32,000 bases of DNA, taken from contig NZ_QLIR01000013.1 in NCBI RefSeq assembly GCF_003428155.1, forward strand, positions 1 to 32,000, in the 5' to 3' direction. Below, in pieces: positions 7,679 through 19,042 of this stretch (the first letter of the stretch is position 1; each line of letters starts with the position of its first letter). The position numbers were made by a program, and so were the translations under genes. The notes below the pieces were generated by a model. That model was not told the origin of the DNA and made no database searches. It saw only the letters and a program-made list of their open reading frames with translations. The DNA is from Fastidiosibacter lacustris. GTDB taxonomy: Bacteria > Pseudomonadota > Gammaproteobacteria > Francisellales > Francisellaceae.

Positions 7679-7876
7679 ACTATCTCCTTAAAAAATTTAT
7701 CAGCGCTTTTAAAATTAAATTATTAGGACAACACATCCTAGGAATTGCTTTAGCAGAAGTCAATAAGTGTATGCACCAAAAGTGTGCAAAATTCCTGAGA
7801 TTTCAGATAGCAGAAAGTCTGTAAAATGGTTTGTGATGAGTATACAATGTTAGCATTGATTTTTGTGGAGATAGTA

Positions 7877-9418
7877 ATGGCAAAAAACACAACGGTGCTT
7901 GTTATCTTGGATGGTTGGGGATATCGTGAAGAAAACAAACATAACGCAATTAATAATGCAAACAAACCAAACTGGAATAATATTTGGCAGCATTCAACAC
8001 ACACCTTAATTAATGCATCCGGATTAATGGTTGGCTTACCTCAAGGGCAAATGGGTAATTCTGAAGTAGGACACATCAATATCGGTTCAGGAAGAGTGGT
8101 ATATCAAGAGTTAACGCGGATTGATAAAGCAATTGAAGATAAATCTTTTTATCACAATAAGGTATTGAATTACACAGTAAGTTCAGCTGTTATGGCAAAT
8201 AAAGCTGTTCATATTATGGGATTGTTATCACCAGGTGGCGTTCACTCACACGAAAGTCATATTCAAGCAATGGTGAAACTTGCTGAACAAAAAGGTGCTA
8301 AAAAAGTATATGTTCATGCTTTTTTAGATGGTAGGGACATGCCACCACGCTCAGCTGAGTTATCGATTAAAAAGATGGACAAATTGTTATCAGATTTAGG
8401 TGTGGGTTATATTGCCACAATCAGTGGACGTTACTTCGCTATGGATCGTGATAACCGTTGGGATAGAGTGGAGAAAGCTTACAATGCAATAATTAATGGT
8501 CAGGCAGAATTTTACGCAAATAGTGCGCAGGCAGCATTAGAGATGGCATACTATCGCAATGAAAGTGATGAATTTGTACAGCCCACAGCCATTCAAAAAA
8601 ATAAGCATAAAGTAACGATTGAAGATGGTGATACAGTTATTTTTATGAATTTCAGAGCAGATCGTGCAAGGCAAATGAGTTATGCTTTTACAGATGAGTA
8701 TTTTGTAGGGTTTGTGCGTAAACGCTTTCCAAAAACTCATTTTGTAAGCTTAACAAAATATGCCGACGATATTAAGGCGTCAGTTGCCTTTGAGTCTGAA
8801 AAGTTAACACATATACTAGGAGATGTGCTAGAGCAAAAGGGACTTACCCAATTGCGCATTGCTGAGACAGAAAAATATGCACATGTGACCTTTTTCTTTA
8901 ATGGAGGTCAAGAACGACCCTTTAAAGGAGAAGATCGTATTTTAGTACCATCCCCAAAAGTGGCAACCTATGACCTTAAGCCTGAAATGAGTGCTTATGA
9001 AGTTACTGATAAGTTAGTTAGTGCTATCAAATCCCAAAAGTATGATGTGATTATTTGTAACTACGCCAATTCAGATATGGTTGGACACACTGGCAATTAC
9101 GATGCCACAGTAAAAGCTATTGAAGCTTTAGATATTTGCTTAGGGCAGGTATCACAAGCAGTTAAAGAAATAAATGGTAACTTGTTTATCACAGCTGATC
9201 ATGGTAATGCTGATCAAATGGTTGATCCTGAAACGGGCAAAATACATACTGCGCATACTACTAATCCTGTTCCTTTTATTTATCAAGGTAGACACCATGC
9301 GGAAGTTACAATTAAAGAAGGGAAATTATCGGATATTGCACCTACGATTTTAGCGGTAATGGGGATTACTCAACCAAAAGAGATGACTGGCAGAGCAATT
9401 TTTAAGTTTGCAAATTGA
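7877..9418 (+). CDS. gpmI: 2,3-bisphosphoglycerate-independent phosphoglycerate mutase
   Basis: Collinear with E. coli GpmI: [97 protein letters not shown]. The start is set at ATG 7877 ([13 protein letters not shown]), which has a GGAGA Shine-Dalgarno sequence. The track ORF begins 17 codons earlier. Confidence 0.95.
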   Translation: MAKNTTVLVILDGWGYREENKHNAINNANKPNWNNIWQHSTHTLINASGLMVGLPQGQMGNSEVGHINIGSGRVVYQELTRIDKAIEDKSFYHNKVLNYTVSSAVMANKAVHIMGLLSPGGVHSHESHIQAMVKLAEQKGAKKVYVHAFLDGRDMPPRSAELSIKKMDKLLSDLGVGYIATISGRYFAMDRDNRWDRVEKAYNAIINGQAEFYANSAQAALEMAYYRNESDEFVQPTAIQKNKHKVTIEDGDTVIFMNFRADRARQMSYAFTDEYFVGFVRKRFPKTHFVSLTKYADDIKASVAFESEKLTHILGDVLEQKGLTQLRIAETEKYAHVTFFFNGGQERPFKGEDRILVPSPKVATYDLKPEMSAYEVTDKLVSAIKSQKYDVIICNYANSDMVGHTGNYDATVKAIEALDICLGQVSQAVKEINGNLFITADHGNADQMVDPETGKIHTAHTTNPVPFIYQGRHHAEVTIKEGKLSDIAPTILAVMGITQPKEMTGRAIFKFAN

Positions 9419-10711
<1,293 letters not shown>

Positions 10712-10715
10712 TACG

Positions 10716-10741
10716 AGATCTTCGACAATAGATCTTTGTGT
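10716..10741 (+). terminator. weak hairpin downstream of serS
   Basis: AGATCT at 10716-10721 pairs with AGATCT at 10730-10735 (6-bp stem, 8-nt loop), followed by TTGTGT. The stem is short and the U-tract is poor. Confidence 0.25.
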
Positions 10742-10972
10742 ATGGACCTTATGCTGGATCTAACAACAGTCATTATTTTGTTAATAATTTCCTGCAAGAC
10801 ACAGCGTGTTACAATTGCATGTGATAATGTACAAATGCTGGGATGCACGTCATAGTACAAACATTTATAGCTAAACGCTGGAAACACTTTTTATTGTGTT
10901 TGTATGCTTAGTTTTAAATTAACTCATGTTACAATGAGCTTAATTTTGTTAAGAATGAGTCTCATTTGTTTG

Positions 10973-11536
10973 ATGAAGAATGTGGCAATTGTTTATTTTA
11001 GTGGTTATGGTCATACCAAAAAGATAGCAGAGCATATTAAAATTGGCATTGAACAAAGTACAAAAGTATATGCAAGCTTAATAAATGTGGATGAGTTACA
11101 AGATGTGGATGCATTAAATGACTATGAAGCGATTGTTTTTGGTGCGCCAACTTATATGGGTTCTGTGCCTTATCAATTTAAGAAATTTATGGATGATGCT
11201 TCTAAAGTATGGCTTAAGAAGGCGTGGAAAGATAAACTTGCCGCGGGATTCACCAATTCTGGTGCTTTAAGTGGTGATAAATTTAACGTTTTGATGCAGC
11301 TTTGCACCTTTGCTTGCCAACATGGCATGCTTTGGTTATCGCTAGGTATTGACAATACTTCAGGACAAAATGAGTTTAGTACAGGTCATATCGAGGCACT
11401 AAATCGCATGGGAGGATCTTTGGGACTCATGACACAATCTGAAAATGACTCACCAGAAGTAACCCCTCCAATTGGAGATAAGCGTACGGCTGAATTATTT
11501 GGACAACGTATTGCACATTATGTAATAAAACTATAG
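10973..11536 (+). CDS. flavodoxin-like fold protein (WrbA-type NAD(P)H:quinone oxidoreductase family)
   Basis: MKNVAIVYFSGYGHTKKIAEHI matches the WrbA/flavodoxin FMN-binding N-terminus, and AIVFGAPTYMGS and GFTNSG follow. The start is chosen at ATG 10973; the track ORF has a 23-codon hydrophobic extension with no homology support. Confidence 0.7.
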   Translation: MKNVAIVYFSGYGHTKKIAEHIKIGIEQSTKVYASLINVDELQDVDALNDYEAIVFGAPTYMGSVPYQFKKFMDDASKVWLKKAWKDKLAAGFTNSGALSGDKFNVLMQLCTFACQHGMLWLSLGIDNTSGQNEFSTGHIEALNRMGGSLGLMTQSENDSPEVTPPIGDKRTAELFGQRIAHYVIKL

Positions 11537-11747
11537 TCAAATACTTAATATTTTTTAGCCATGCTTGTTGTTGTTTGCTTTGCATAAAGTAGCTACCATA
11601 CTAGTATTGAACAGCATATTGGTTTTGAGATGGTTGACTCATGTTTTGGTATCAGGGTTGTTTCTGTACAAAACCACCTCTTGATTTTAAGAACCAGAAA
11701 AAAATTAGAAAGGTTAACCCAAAATAAGGTAACGAAGGATATAAAGC

Positions 11748-12164
11748 ATGAATGATCATACAACTGCATTCAAAGTGTTGGAAAATTATGGGAATTTAGT
11801 TATTAGAACTGTACCAATGCCATCTGATTGTAATCATGGTGGCACTATTTTTGGTGGTTGGATACTCAGTCAAATAGACATAGGCGCAAGCCTTGCGGCA
11901 ATTCATTACAGTAGTGGGCGTGTTGTTACGAAGGCTGTAGAAAAGGTTACCTTTATTAAACCTATCCACGTTCATAACCAAGTTGATATTTATGCAAAAT
12001 TATCAAAAGTTGGTAACACTTCTGTAACTTTCGATGTTTATGTTTTTGTAAGTAGTCGAACAAGTATAAATGAATTAGCGGTTACTGCTAATATTGTTTT
12101 TGTGAGAATTGATGATAACCACAAACCTATAGGCATATCAAAACTAAAGAAAGAAAGTAACTAA
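11748..12164 (+). CDS. yciA: acyl-CoA thioesterase, YciA-like hot-dog fold
   Basis: 138 aa. LVIRTVPMPSDCNHGGTIFGGWILSQIDIGASL parallels E. coli YciA LVLRTLAMPADTNANGDIFGGWLMSQMD, and GRVVTKAVEKVTFIKP also matches. Confidence 0.8.
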   Translation: MNDHTTAFKVLENYGNLVIRTVPMPSDCNHGGTIFGGWILSQIDIGASLAAIHYSSGRVVTKAVEKVTFIKPIHVHNQVDIYAKLSKVGNTSVTFDVYVFVSSRTSINELAVTANIVFVRIDDNHKPIGISKLKKESN

Positions 12165-12170
12165 CAGTAC

Positions 12171-13913
12171 TCAGTAACAAGGAGCCTTTTGAAAAATACT
12201 ACTTTGCTTAATACAAACTTTTTGTAGAATACTTTCAATTGCACATGAAATTTCTTCTTTTATTTGCGTTTTGCGGCATTTGTATTCAATTACGTTGTTT
12301 TCAAGGCCACGCTCACCGATAATAAGCTGATGCGGAATACCAATTAAATCCGCATCAGCAAACATAATCCCCGCGCGTTCTTTGCGATCATCAAACAAAA
12401 CCTCAAAACCTGCTGCTCTTAGATCATTATACAATTTGTTTGCCTCTTCAAATACGCGTCCTGATTTGTGCATATTCATAGGAATGATAACAATATCGTA
12501 TGGGGCAATCTCTCGTGGCCAGATAATTCCATTTTCATCATGTGATTGTTCGATAGCAGCAGCAATTACGCGTGAAATACCAAAGCCGTAACATCCCATA
12601 ATCAAATCTTGCTTTTTGCCATTTTCATCTAAAATGCTTGCATTCATTACTTTGGAATAATGCTCGCCTAATTGAAAAATATGACCCACTTCAATGCCAT
12701 TTGTTTGCTGTAACCTACCATTCCCATCAGGAGAGAGATCTCCTATCACAACGTTACGAATATCTTCTACCACATAATCGTTGACGTCGCGTTGCCAATT
12801 TGCGCCAAATAAGTGAAAACCATCTTCATTTGCACCACAAACAAAATCGCTTAACATAGCCGCGCTATAATCAACGATAACAGTAATAGGCGAGTTAACA
12901 GGACCAAGTGAACCTGTAGTTGCACCATATACATGCTGGATATCAGCATCAGTTGCAAAATTAAAAGGTGCCGTGATTTGCGGAAGTTTGCTTACTTTAA
13001 TTTCATTGAGATCATGATCGCCACAGAGCACTAAAGCAAAGAATTTGTTACGGCTATCCTTTATCACGATTGTTTTAACTACTTGTGCTGCTGAAATAGA
13101 AAAAGCTTCGCATAGTTGAGTGATTGTTTTTAAATTTGGTGTCGCTTTTTTTGTTAACTCTTCTGCTGACTTTGCTCGCTTTGTTAAATCTGGCTTTAAA
13201 TATTCTGCCATTTCAATATTTGCCGCATAATCGCTTTGATCACTATAGCAGACAATATCTTCACCCACTCTAGCTAGTACCTGAAACTCATGAGTCTTAC
13301 TTCCTCCAATGGCACCTGCATCGGCATTAACGACACGAAACTCAAGGTTAATACGCTTCAAGATATTGCAGTAAGCAGCGTGCATTTTTTGATAAGTTTC
13401 CTCTAGGCATTTATAGCTATTGTGAAAAGAATAGGCATCTTTCATAATAAACTCACGTGCACGCATAACCCCAAAGCGTGGACGAATTTCATCACGAAAC
13501 TTAGTTTGTATTTGGTAGAGATTAAGAGGGAGTTGCTTATAGCTTTTGATTTCTTTGCGGGCAATATCAACAATAGGTTCTTCGTGTGTAGGACCATAGC
13601 AGAAATCACGATTATGACGATCTTGCATTTTCAAAAGCTCAGGACCAAATTTTTGCCAACGATGCGTTTCTTGTAAAAGCTCCGCAGGTAAGATACTCGG
13701 CATTAAAATCTCACTAGCGCCTGCTTTGTTCATTTCTTCACGAATAATGGTTTGTACTTTTTGTAGTACTTTCACGCCGGTGGGTAACCATTGGTAAATC
13801 CCCGAAGCAAGTCTACGAATTAAACCTGCTCTTAACATGTATTGATGGCTAATCAATTCAGCATCTTTAGGTATTTCTTTCTCGGTTGCAAGTAGGGTTT
13901 GTGAGACTCTCAT
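12171..13913 (-). CDS. proS: proline--tRNA ligase (bacterial type with INS editing domain)
   Basis: 580 aa: [78 protein letters not shown]. Confidence 0.97.
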   Translation of the reverse strand: MRVSQTLLATEKEIPKDAELISHQYMLRAGLIRRLASGIYQWLPTGVKVLQKVQTIIREEMNKAGASEILMPSILPAELLQETHRWQKFGPELLKMQDRHNRDFCYGPTHEEPIVDIARKEIKSYKQLPLNLYQIQTKFRDEIRPRFGVMRAREFIMKDAYSFHNSYKCLEETYQKMHAAYCNILKRINLEFRVVNADAGAIGGSKTHEFQVLARVGEDIVCYSDQSDYAANIEMAEYLKPDLTKRAKSAEELTKKATPNLKTITQLCEAFSISAAQVVKTIVIKDSRNKFFALVLCGDHDLNEIKVSKLPQITAPFNFATDADIQHVYGATTGSLGPVNSPITVIVDYSAAMLSDFVCGANEDGFHLFGANWQRDVNDYVVEDIRNVVIGDLSPDGNGRLQQTNGIEVGHIFQLGEHYSKVMNASILDENGKKQDLIMGCYGFGISRVIAAAIEQSHDENGIIWPREIAPYDIVIIPMNMHKSGRVFEEANKLYNDLRAAGFEVLFDDRKERAGIMFADADLIGIPHQLIIGERGLENNVIEYKCRKTQIKEEISCAIESILQKVCIKQSSIFQKAPCY

Positions 13914-13949
13914 AATTGATTTGTCAAAAAGGCAATAAGTATGCTTACG

Positions 13950-14201
13950 TTAGCTGGTTTTATGGTTTGGTTCAAGGGTATTTTCAGAATTTGTCGATTT
14001 TGGTTTATTGGTAAATAGCAAGTTGCGTAAGAAGGTATATAACACCATGAGAAGTGGTGCAAGATATACCCAATAAATGGCATGTCCTTTGACAATAATG
14101 CTGAAGTTATTGAAATAAAAAACGATCGTTAGCGTTGCAATAAAGGCAATGCAGGAAAGAAAGAAAATAGTATCGGCAACATAGCGTAGCTTTTGTTTCA
14201 T
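13950..14201 (-). CDS. hypothetical small membrane protein (2 TM)
   Basis: 83 aa with two hydrophobic helices. A strong AGGAGG Shine-Dalgarno sequence lies 8 nt upstream of the ATG at 14201, and the gene sits immediately upstream of proS on the same strand. I recognise no family. Confidence 0.55.
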   Translation of the reverse strand: MKQKLRYVADTIFFLSCIAFIATLTIVFYFNNFSIIVKGHAIYWVYLAPLLMVLYTFLRNLLFTNKPKSTNSENTLEPNHKTS

Positions 14202-14536
14202 GGTGAAACCTCCTGAATTAATTGGAAAATACTTTACTTCAGAATAAATGGGTAATTTATGTCTAGCATTTTAAAGATTAAAAATAGACTAGAAAGTAAA
14301 ATTACAGCAGGCGTGCAAAAAAGTTAATACTGAATTATTTTTGGAATTTTTGGTTGTGATATACAAAACAACAATCTGTCTTATACGTACGAAATGTGAT
14401 TGTGTCTAGGCATAATTATTCAGATAGATCAATTTAAACAATATAATCATTTACAAAAATAAAAAAAACGCAACCAAAAAAAACTTAATAGCTATAGCGA
14501 AAAACATTAAAATTATGTAAATAAACGTTATGGAAT

Positions 14537-15337
14537 ATGTTTAGTAATGGGTTATATAAAATGAACCAAACAAGGAAAATAATATTTTTGTTAGTAGCAT
14601 TGGGAGGTGGTTTTTTCTATCATCAAACTTCTGCAAATCAGACTACAATCATCAAAGAAAAGCCTAGTGACTTTATCAATATTAAGAGTGTTATACCAAC
14701 TATTCAAGTATCAGTAAGATATTATACTGATAATAATTTTGTTGGAAGAAGAATAAAAGGTTATGAGACTCCCGTGTGTCTTTTAACAAAAAAAGCCACT
14801 TTAGCACTTAAAAAAGTTCAAGATCAACTCCTTCCAATGGGGCTTTCATTAAAAGTGTATGATTGCTATCGACCTCAAACTGCTGTTAATGATTTTGCTG
14901 ATTGGGCAGAAAACCTTAATGAAACACAAATGAGAACCGAATATTATCCAACAGTAGATAAATCTAATTTATTCAAAGAGGGATATATCGATTATCACTC
15001 TGGTCATAGTAGAGGAAGTACAGTGGATTTGACTATAATTCCGTTAGATTCAAAAATCCCCATATACGATCCTAAGAAAAAACAAGCTCCTTGTACCTCA
15101 GCTCAACATTTACGTTCACCTGATAATAGTTTAGATTTTGGAACAGGTTTTGATTGTTTCAGTCCAATGTCTCATCCTAGCTATCAAAATTTGTCTCCTC
15201 AAATTAAAGCAAATAGACTATTACTTCGTACGCTTATGATAGAGGCAGGATTTAAACCACTAGAAACAGAATGGTGGCATTTCACGTTAAAAGAGGAACC
15301 TTATCCAAAGATCTATTTTGATTTCCCTGTTCAATAG
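14537..15337 (+). CDS. ddpX: D-alanyl-D-alanine dipeptidase (M15D, VanX/DdpX family) with N-terminal signal peptide
   Basis: Zn-peptidase motifs are YDCYRP, SGHSRGSTVDLT (the SxHxxGxAxD-type motif) and EWWHF. The N-terminus MNQTRKIIFLLVALGGGFFYHQTSA-NQ looks like a Sec signal. The real start may be the ATG at 14561. Confidence 0.8.
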   Translation: MFSNGLYKMNQTRKIIFLLVALGGGFFYHQTSANQTTIIKEKPSDFINIKSVIPTIQVSVRYYTDNNFVGRRIKGYETPVCLLTKKATLALKKVQDQLLPMGLSLKVYDCYRPQTAVNDFADWAENLNETQMRTEYYPTVDKSNLFKEGYIDYHSGHSRGSTVDLTIIPLDSKIPIYDPKKKQAPCTSAQHLRSPDNSLDFGTGFDCFSPMSHPSYQNLSPQIKANRLLLRTLMIEAGFKPLETEWWHFTLKEEPYPKIYFDFPVQ

Positions 15338-15359
15338 CACTCTTACATATTTAGATTAA

Positions 15360-16574
15360 TTACAGTGCTTCACCAAGCTTGAACATTGGAATATACATGC
15401 TAACAACTAAGAAACCTACAATACAGCCAAGTACAATCATGATAACAGGTTCAAGTGCACTGCTTAAATTGGTAACCAACACATCAACATCCTCTTCGTA
15501 AATTTTAGCAATATTTGCCAGCATCTCTTCTATTTGACCAGACTCTTCACCAACAGAAATCATCTGTAACATCATCCCTGGGAAAGCCCCCGTTTCAGAA
15601 GCAGCATATAGCATCGAACGCCCTTTTGAAACTTCATCACGAATAAATAACGTCGCTTTTTCATATTTGGTATTCCCTGTAGCGTTGGCAACAGTAGTTA
15701 AAGCATCAAGCAAAGGCATTCCTGCTGCGGAAGTCGTCTCTAATGTACGTGCAAACCTTGCCAATGAAGACTTTTGGATCACCTTACCGATAACAGGCAA
15801 CTTCAATAGCAAATAGTCTTGCCAAACATTGATTTTCGGATAACGTTTCTTGGAAAATTTAAATCCAACTATGAATACAATAATAAACGAAACAAGCACC
15901 CACCAATATTTCTGGCTAAATTCGGATAAATCAATGGTGATCTTGGTGATCTTTGGCAAGGGTGTTCCCGATGATATAAAAATATTGGCAAAAGCAGGCA
16001 CTGCATAATTCAGTAAAATCCAAGTCACTAAAATAGCAACGCCAATCACCATCGCTGGATATGTTAAGGCTTTTTTCACCTTTTTTTTGATAGTGTGCAA
16101 CGATTCCCTGTGGCTAGCAACACGATCTAACATAACGTCTAAAGTCCCAGATTCCTCTCCCACTGCACATAAGCTACAGAATAATTTATCGAAATACTTA
16201 GGGTGATTGCGTAATGTATCACTAAAGTAATTACCACTTTCAACACTTTGTTTAATCTGAATTAACAGTTTTTTAAAGCTTTTGTTATTGCTTGATTCCA
16301 TAATAGTGTCAAGCGCACGAATAATAGGAACACCAGCTTGCGACATTGTAGCAAGCTGACGTGAAAAAAGGGTGACCTCTTCACTTTTAATCCGTTGTGG
16401 AAAAAGTTCGAGTGGTTGTTTTTTGATTTTTAAAACCTTAAATCCATTGCGTTCAACTTGAGCCTTGGCAAGATCAATATTAATGGCTTCAATAATACCG
16501 TTAGTTTTGATATTCCGCTTATCATAACCTGTCCATAGAAAAGTTTTTTTCTTTAATTTAACACCTGCCTTCAT
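15360..16574 (-). CDS. pilC: type IV pilus assembly platform protein PilC (GspF family)
   Basis: 404 aa with two GspF repeats, three TM segments, and FSRQLATMSQAGVPI / FARTLETTSAAGMPLLDAL. It follows pilB directly after a 33-nt gap. Confidence 0.9.
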   Translation of the reverse strand: MKAGVKLKKKTFLWTGYDKRNIKTNGIIEAINIDLAKAQVERNGFKVLKIKKQPLELFPQRIKSEEVTLFSRQLATMSQAGVPIIRALDTIMESSNNKSFKKLLIQIKQSVESGNYFSDTLRNHPKYFDKLFCSLCAVGEESGTLDVMLDRVASHRESLHTIKKKVKKALTYPAMVIGVAILVTWILLNYAVPAFANIFISSGTPLPKITKITIDLSEFSQKYWWVLVSFIIVFIVGFKFSKKRYPKINVWQDYLLLKLPVIGKVIQKSSLARFARTLETTSAAGMPLLDALTTVANATGNTKYEKATLFIRDEVSKGRSMLYAASETGAFPGMMLQMISVGEESGQIEEMLANIAKIYEEDVDVLVTNLSSALEPVIMIVLGCIVGFLVVSMYIPMFKLGEAL

Positions 16575-16607
16575 GATTATAACCCTTTATTGCATTTTAT
16601 TTTTAAC

Positions 16608-18314
16608 CTAGGTTGAGGTCACACGATGCGCTTCTTCTATCGAAGTAATGCCGTGAACAACTTTTATTAAAGCAGATTGCTGTAAGTTATCGATACCTTC
16701 ACGTTGTGCTTGCTCAGCTAGTGTTAGTGTGCTTCGCCCTTCAACAATCAAGCGACTCATGGCCAAACTCAGTGGCATCACTTCGTAAATAGCAATACGT
16801 CCTCTATAACCTTTAAAGCAACGTGTACAACCATTAGGATTACTGCGATAAGCAGTAAAGTCTTTTTCAAGATGTTGTGGGCGAATACCCATATCAAGCA
16901 GTAACTGACGTGTAACATCAGGGGCTGGTCTTTTGCAATGGGGACAAAGTTTTCTAGCCAAGCGTTGAGCAATGATGAGTGAGACTGAAGAAATAATATT
17001 ATAATGCGGGATTCCCATATCTAATAAGCGATTAAGGGTTTCAGGAGCACTATTAGTATGAATGGTTGATAGCACTAAATGACCTGTTTGTGCAGCTTTA
17101 ATTGCTATATCAGCCGTTTCGAAGTCTCGAATCTCACCGATCATGATAATATCAGGATCTTGACGTAAAAATGCTTTCAAGGCACGTGCAAAAGTCAAAC
17201 CTTGTTTGTTATTGATTTGCACTTGATTGATACCATTGACGTTAATCTCGACTGGATCTTCTGCAGTTGAGATATTTTTTTCTACCGTGTTGATGATATG
17301 TAAGCCTGTATAAAGCGTTATCGTTTTACCACTTCCAGTTGGTCCTGTAACGAGAATCATACCCTGAGATTGGTTAAGCGCAGATAAATAGATCTTTTGT
17401 TGATGAGACTCAAGACCAAGTTTATCTATACTCAAATATGTCTTGGCTTGATCAAGAATCCTAAGTACAATTTTTTCACCAAAAGCAGTTGGACAAACAC
17501 TGACTCTAAAATCAATCACATGTGTTTTTGAAATTTTGAGTTTAAAGCGCCCATCTTGTGGAATGCGTCTCTCAGCAATATTTAGCTGAGCCATAATCTT
17601 GATTCTAGAGGCCGTACGGGCAGAGATTTTAAGTGGTGGAAAAGCAATTTCCTGTAACATCCCATCGATACGGTAGCGAATGCGAAAATTCGTAGCGTAA
17701 GGTTCAAAGTGAATATCTGATGCACCTTTATTGATAGCATCAACAATAATTTTATTAACGTACTTGATAACGGGTTCATCATTATCGCCAAAATCATCGT
17801 CTTCTTTAAACTCATCCCCTTCGACAATATCAAGGTCAATTTCTTCAAGCTCCATACCTTCAAGAGTTTTAAGCGCATCATCAGTTGTATTTTCTGTGAC
17901 CTCTTTAATTAATTTACTCAACATGCCTTCTTCAACGATGACTTGCTCGATATCCAAATTGCTAAAGAAACGATATTCTCTTATTGCATTTAAATTTAAT
18001 GGGTCACTAGTGGCCAATAATAGCATTTTTTTATGCTTATACAGCGGCAAGCAATGACATTCGGTGATTAATCGTTCATTTAGATACTTGCGCGGGAAGA
18101 ATTCCAAGTCATAAGCATTTAAATCAAATAAAGTAAGATTGAAAAATTTAGCAGCTTCAATCGCAAACAATTTACTATCTAGTAACTTATTGCTGACCAA
18201 ATGACTAATCAGGCGCTCATCTGCTTTATCGGCAGCCTTGATTACTTCATCAAGCACCTCACTTGCAATAAGATTTTGACTCAATAGAAAACTACTAATT
18301 CCGTGCTGACTCAT
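16608..18314 (-). CDS. pilB: type IV pilus assembly ATPase PilB (GspE family)
   Basis: It has an N-terminal MshEN/GSPII domain, Walker A (VTGPTGSGKT), an Asp box, Walker B (IIMIGEIRD), a His box (LVLSTIHTN) and a tetracysteine motif (CPHC...CTRC). The start is taken as ATG 18314 (MSQHG...); the track ORF starts at a TTG 4 codons upstream. Confidence 0.93.
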   Translation of the reverse strand: MSQHGISSFLLSQNLIASEVLDEVIKAADKADERLISHLVSNKLLDSKLFAIEAAKFFNLTLFDLNAYDLEFFPRKYLNERLITECHCLPLYKHKKMLLLATSDPLNLNAIREYRFFSNLDIEQVIVEEGMLSKLIKEVTENTTDDALKTLEGMELEEIDLDIVEGDEFKEDDDFGDNDEPVIKYVNKIIVDAINKGASDIHFEPYATNFRIRYRIDGMLQEIAFPPLKISARTASRIKIMAQLNIAERRIPQDGRFKLKISKTHVIDFRVSVCPTAFGEKIVLRILDQAKTYLSIDKLGLESHQQKIYLSALNQSQGMILVTGPTGSGKTITLYTGLHIINTVEKNISTAEDPVEINVNGINQVQINNKQGLTFARALKAFLRQDPDIIMIGEIRDFETADIAIKAAQTGHLVLSTIHTNSAPETLNRLLDMGIPHYNIISSVSLIIAQRLARKLCPHCKRPAPDVTRQLLLDMGIRPQHLEKDFTAYRSNPNGCTRCFKGYRGRIAIYEVMPLSLAMSRLIVEGRSTLTLAEQAQREGIDNLQQSALIKVVHGITSIEEAHRVTST

Positions 18315-18448
18315 AGGTATTATCAATGGTCCATTTATGCTTCAGTATAGGCATAAACTATCGAATTTTCTATGTAAATTTAAGAAGATATACCAAGCCC
18401 AGGGATATCTCGAATTATTTTGTGGTAGTGGGCAAAGTTACTTTTGAG

Positions 18449-18964
18449 TTAGCCAAACAAAATAAGCTTGCGCCACCAAGCCTTGTTATGAATGTTTTTT
18501 TCAACTTTTTCACGTTTAATAGCTAACGATGTCCTTAAGTCATTCGGAGTTAAACGATGGGAAGCAAAATCATTGTTGGTTAATGGTGCTTGTGCACTTT
18601 TAAAAGCAGCATCAATCAGTTCAGAACAAAACCATTTATTATGGTCATTCAACCAATTACGTCGCCAAAGCCCAAGTCCTAAAGCAGAAATATAGTCATA
18701 TTTTTTACCCCACTGTCTAATAAGAAAATCAATTAAAGCCGCTTTTTGCTGATCGTTAATTTGAGTCACCCATGTTTCAAGCACATCTTGTGATTTTCTT
18801 AGCTTCTCATACGAACGTTTATAGACACCGAGTGAGCCGCTACTACTATAGCATTCACCATCGATTTGTACTTCAACATGCGAAAAATGAGAGCGCGTTA
18901 CCCAGCGAATACCATAACTTATTGCGCGATAGCTGTATCCAAAATAAATATATATTGTGTGCAT
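18449..18964 (-). CDS. permuted papain-fold NlpC/P60-like protein (YaeF/YiiX-like)
   Basis: About 171 aa. A His-containing strand (RSHFSHVEVQI) lies N-terminal to a Cys motif (KWFCSELIDAAF), the circularly permuted order typical of the YaeF/YiiX/LRAT branch. ATG 18964 is preferred because an AGGAGT sits 10 nt upstream. The assignment is from motifs only. Confidence 0.45.
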   Translation of the reverse strand: MHTIYIYFGYSYRAISYGIRWVTRSHFSHVEVQIDGECYSSSGSLGVYKRSYEKLRKSQDVLETWVTQINDQQKAALIDFLIRQWGKKYDYISALGLGLWRRNWLNDHNKWFCSELIDAAFKSAQAPLTNNDFASHRLTPNDLRTSLAIKREKVEKNIHNKAWWRKLILFG

Positions 18965-19042
18965 GATGACACACACTCCTATACTGCCTGTCCTTGATGT
19001 AAGGAGTATAGCAAAAATAGTTTGTGAGCGATAAAATAAACT

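Noticed and set aside
12165-12170. Very tight convergent gene ends (yciA-like/proS 6 bp apart; dipeptidase/pilC 22 bp apart at 15338-15359) as possible shared bidirectional terminators
   Set aside because: I could not find a hairpin in or around these junctions. The observation is real, but no structure supports a feature call.
14259-14327. 22-codon mini-ORF (MSSILKIKNRLESKITAGVQKS) in the 315-bp AT-rich intergenic region upstream of the dipeptidase gene
   Set aside because: It has no Shine-Dalgarno sequence and no recognisable motif, and it is too short to support from sequence alone.
17582-18057. Two long ORFs (99 aa on the minus strand in another frame, 108 aa on the plus strand) inside pilB
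   Set aside because: They arise from the low-complexity acidic linker of PilB (GAT/GAA-rich DNA) and translate to Ser/Leu-rich nonsense. The PilB frame is fully supported by homology.
18333-18356. Hairpin tttatgc-N10-gcataaa just upstream of the pilB start
   Set aside because: It has only a 7-bp A/T-rich stem with a 10-nt loop and no U-tract on either strand, so it is likely insignificant.
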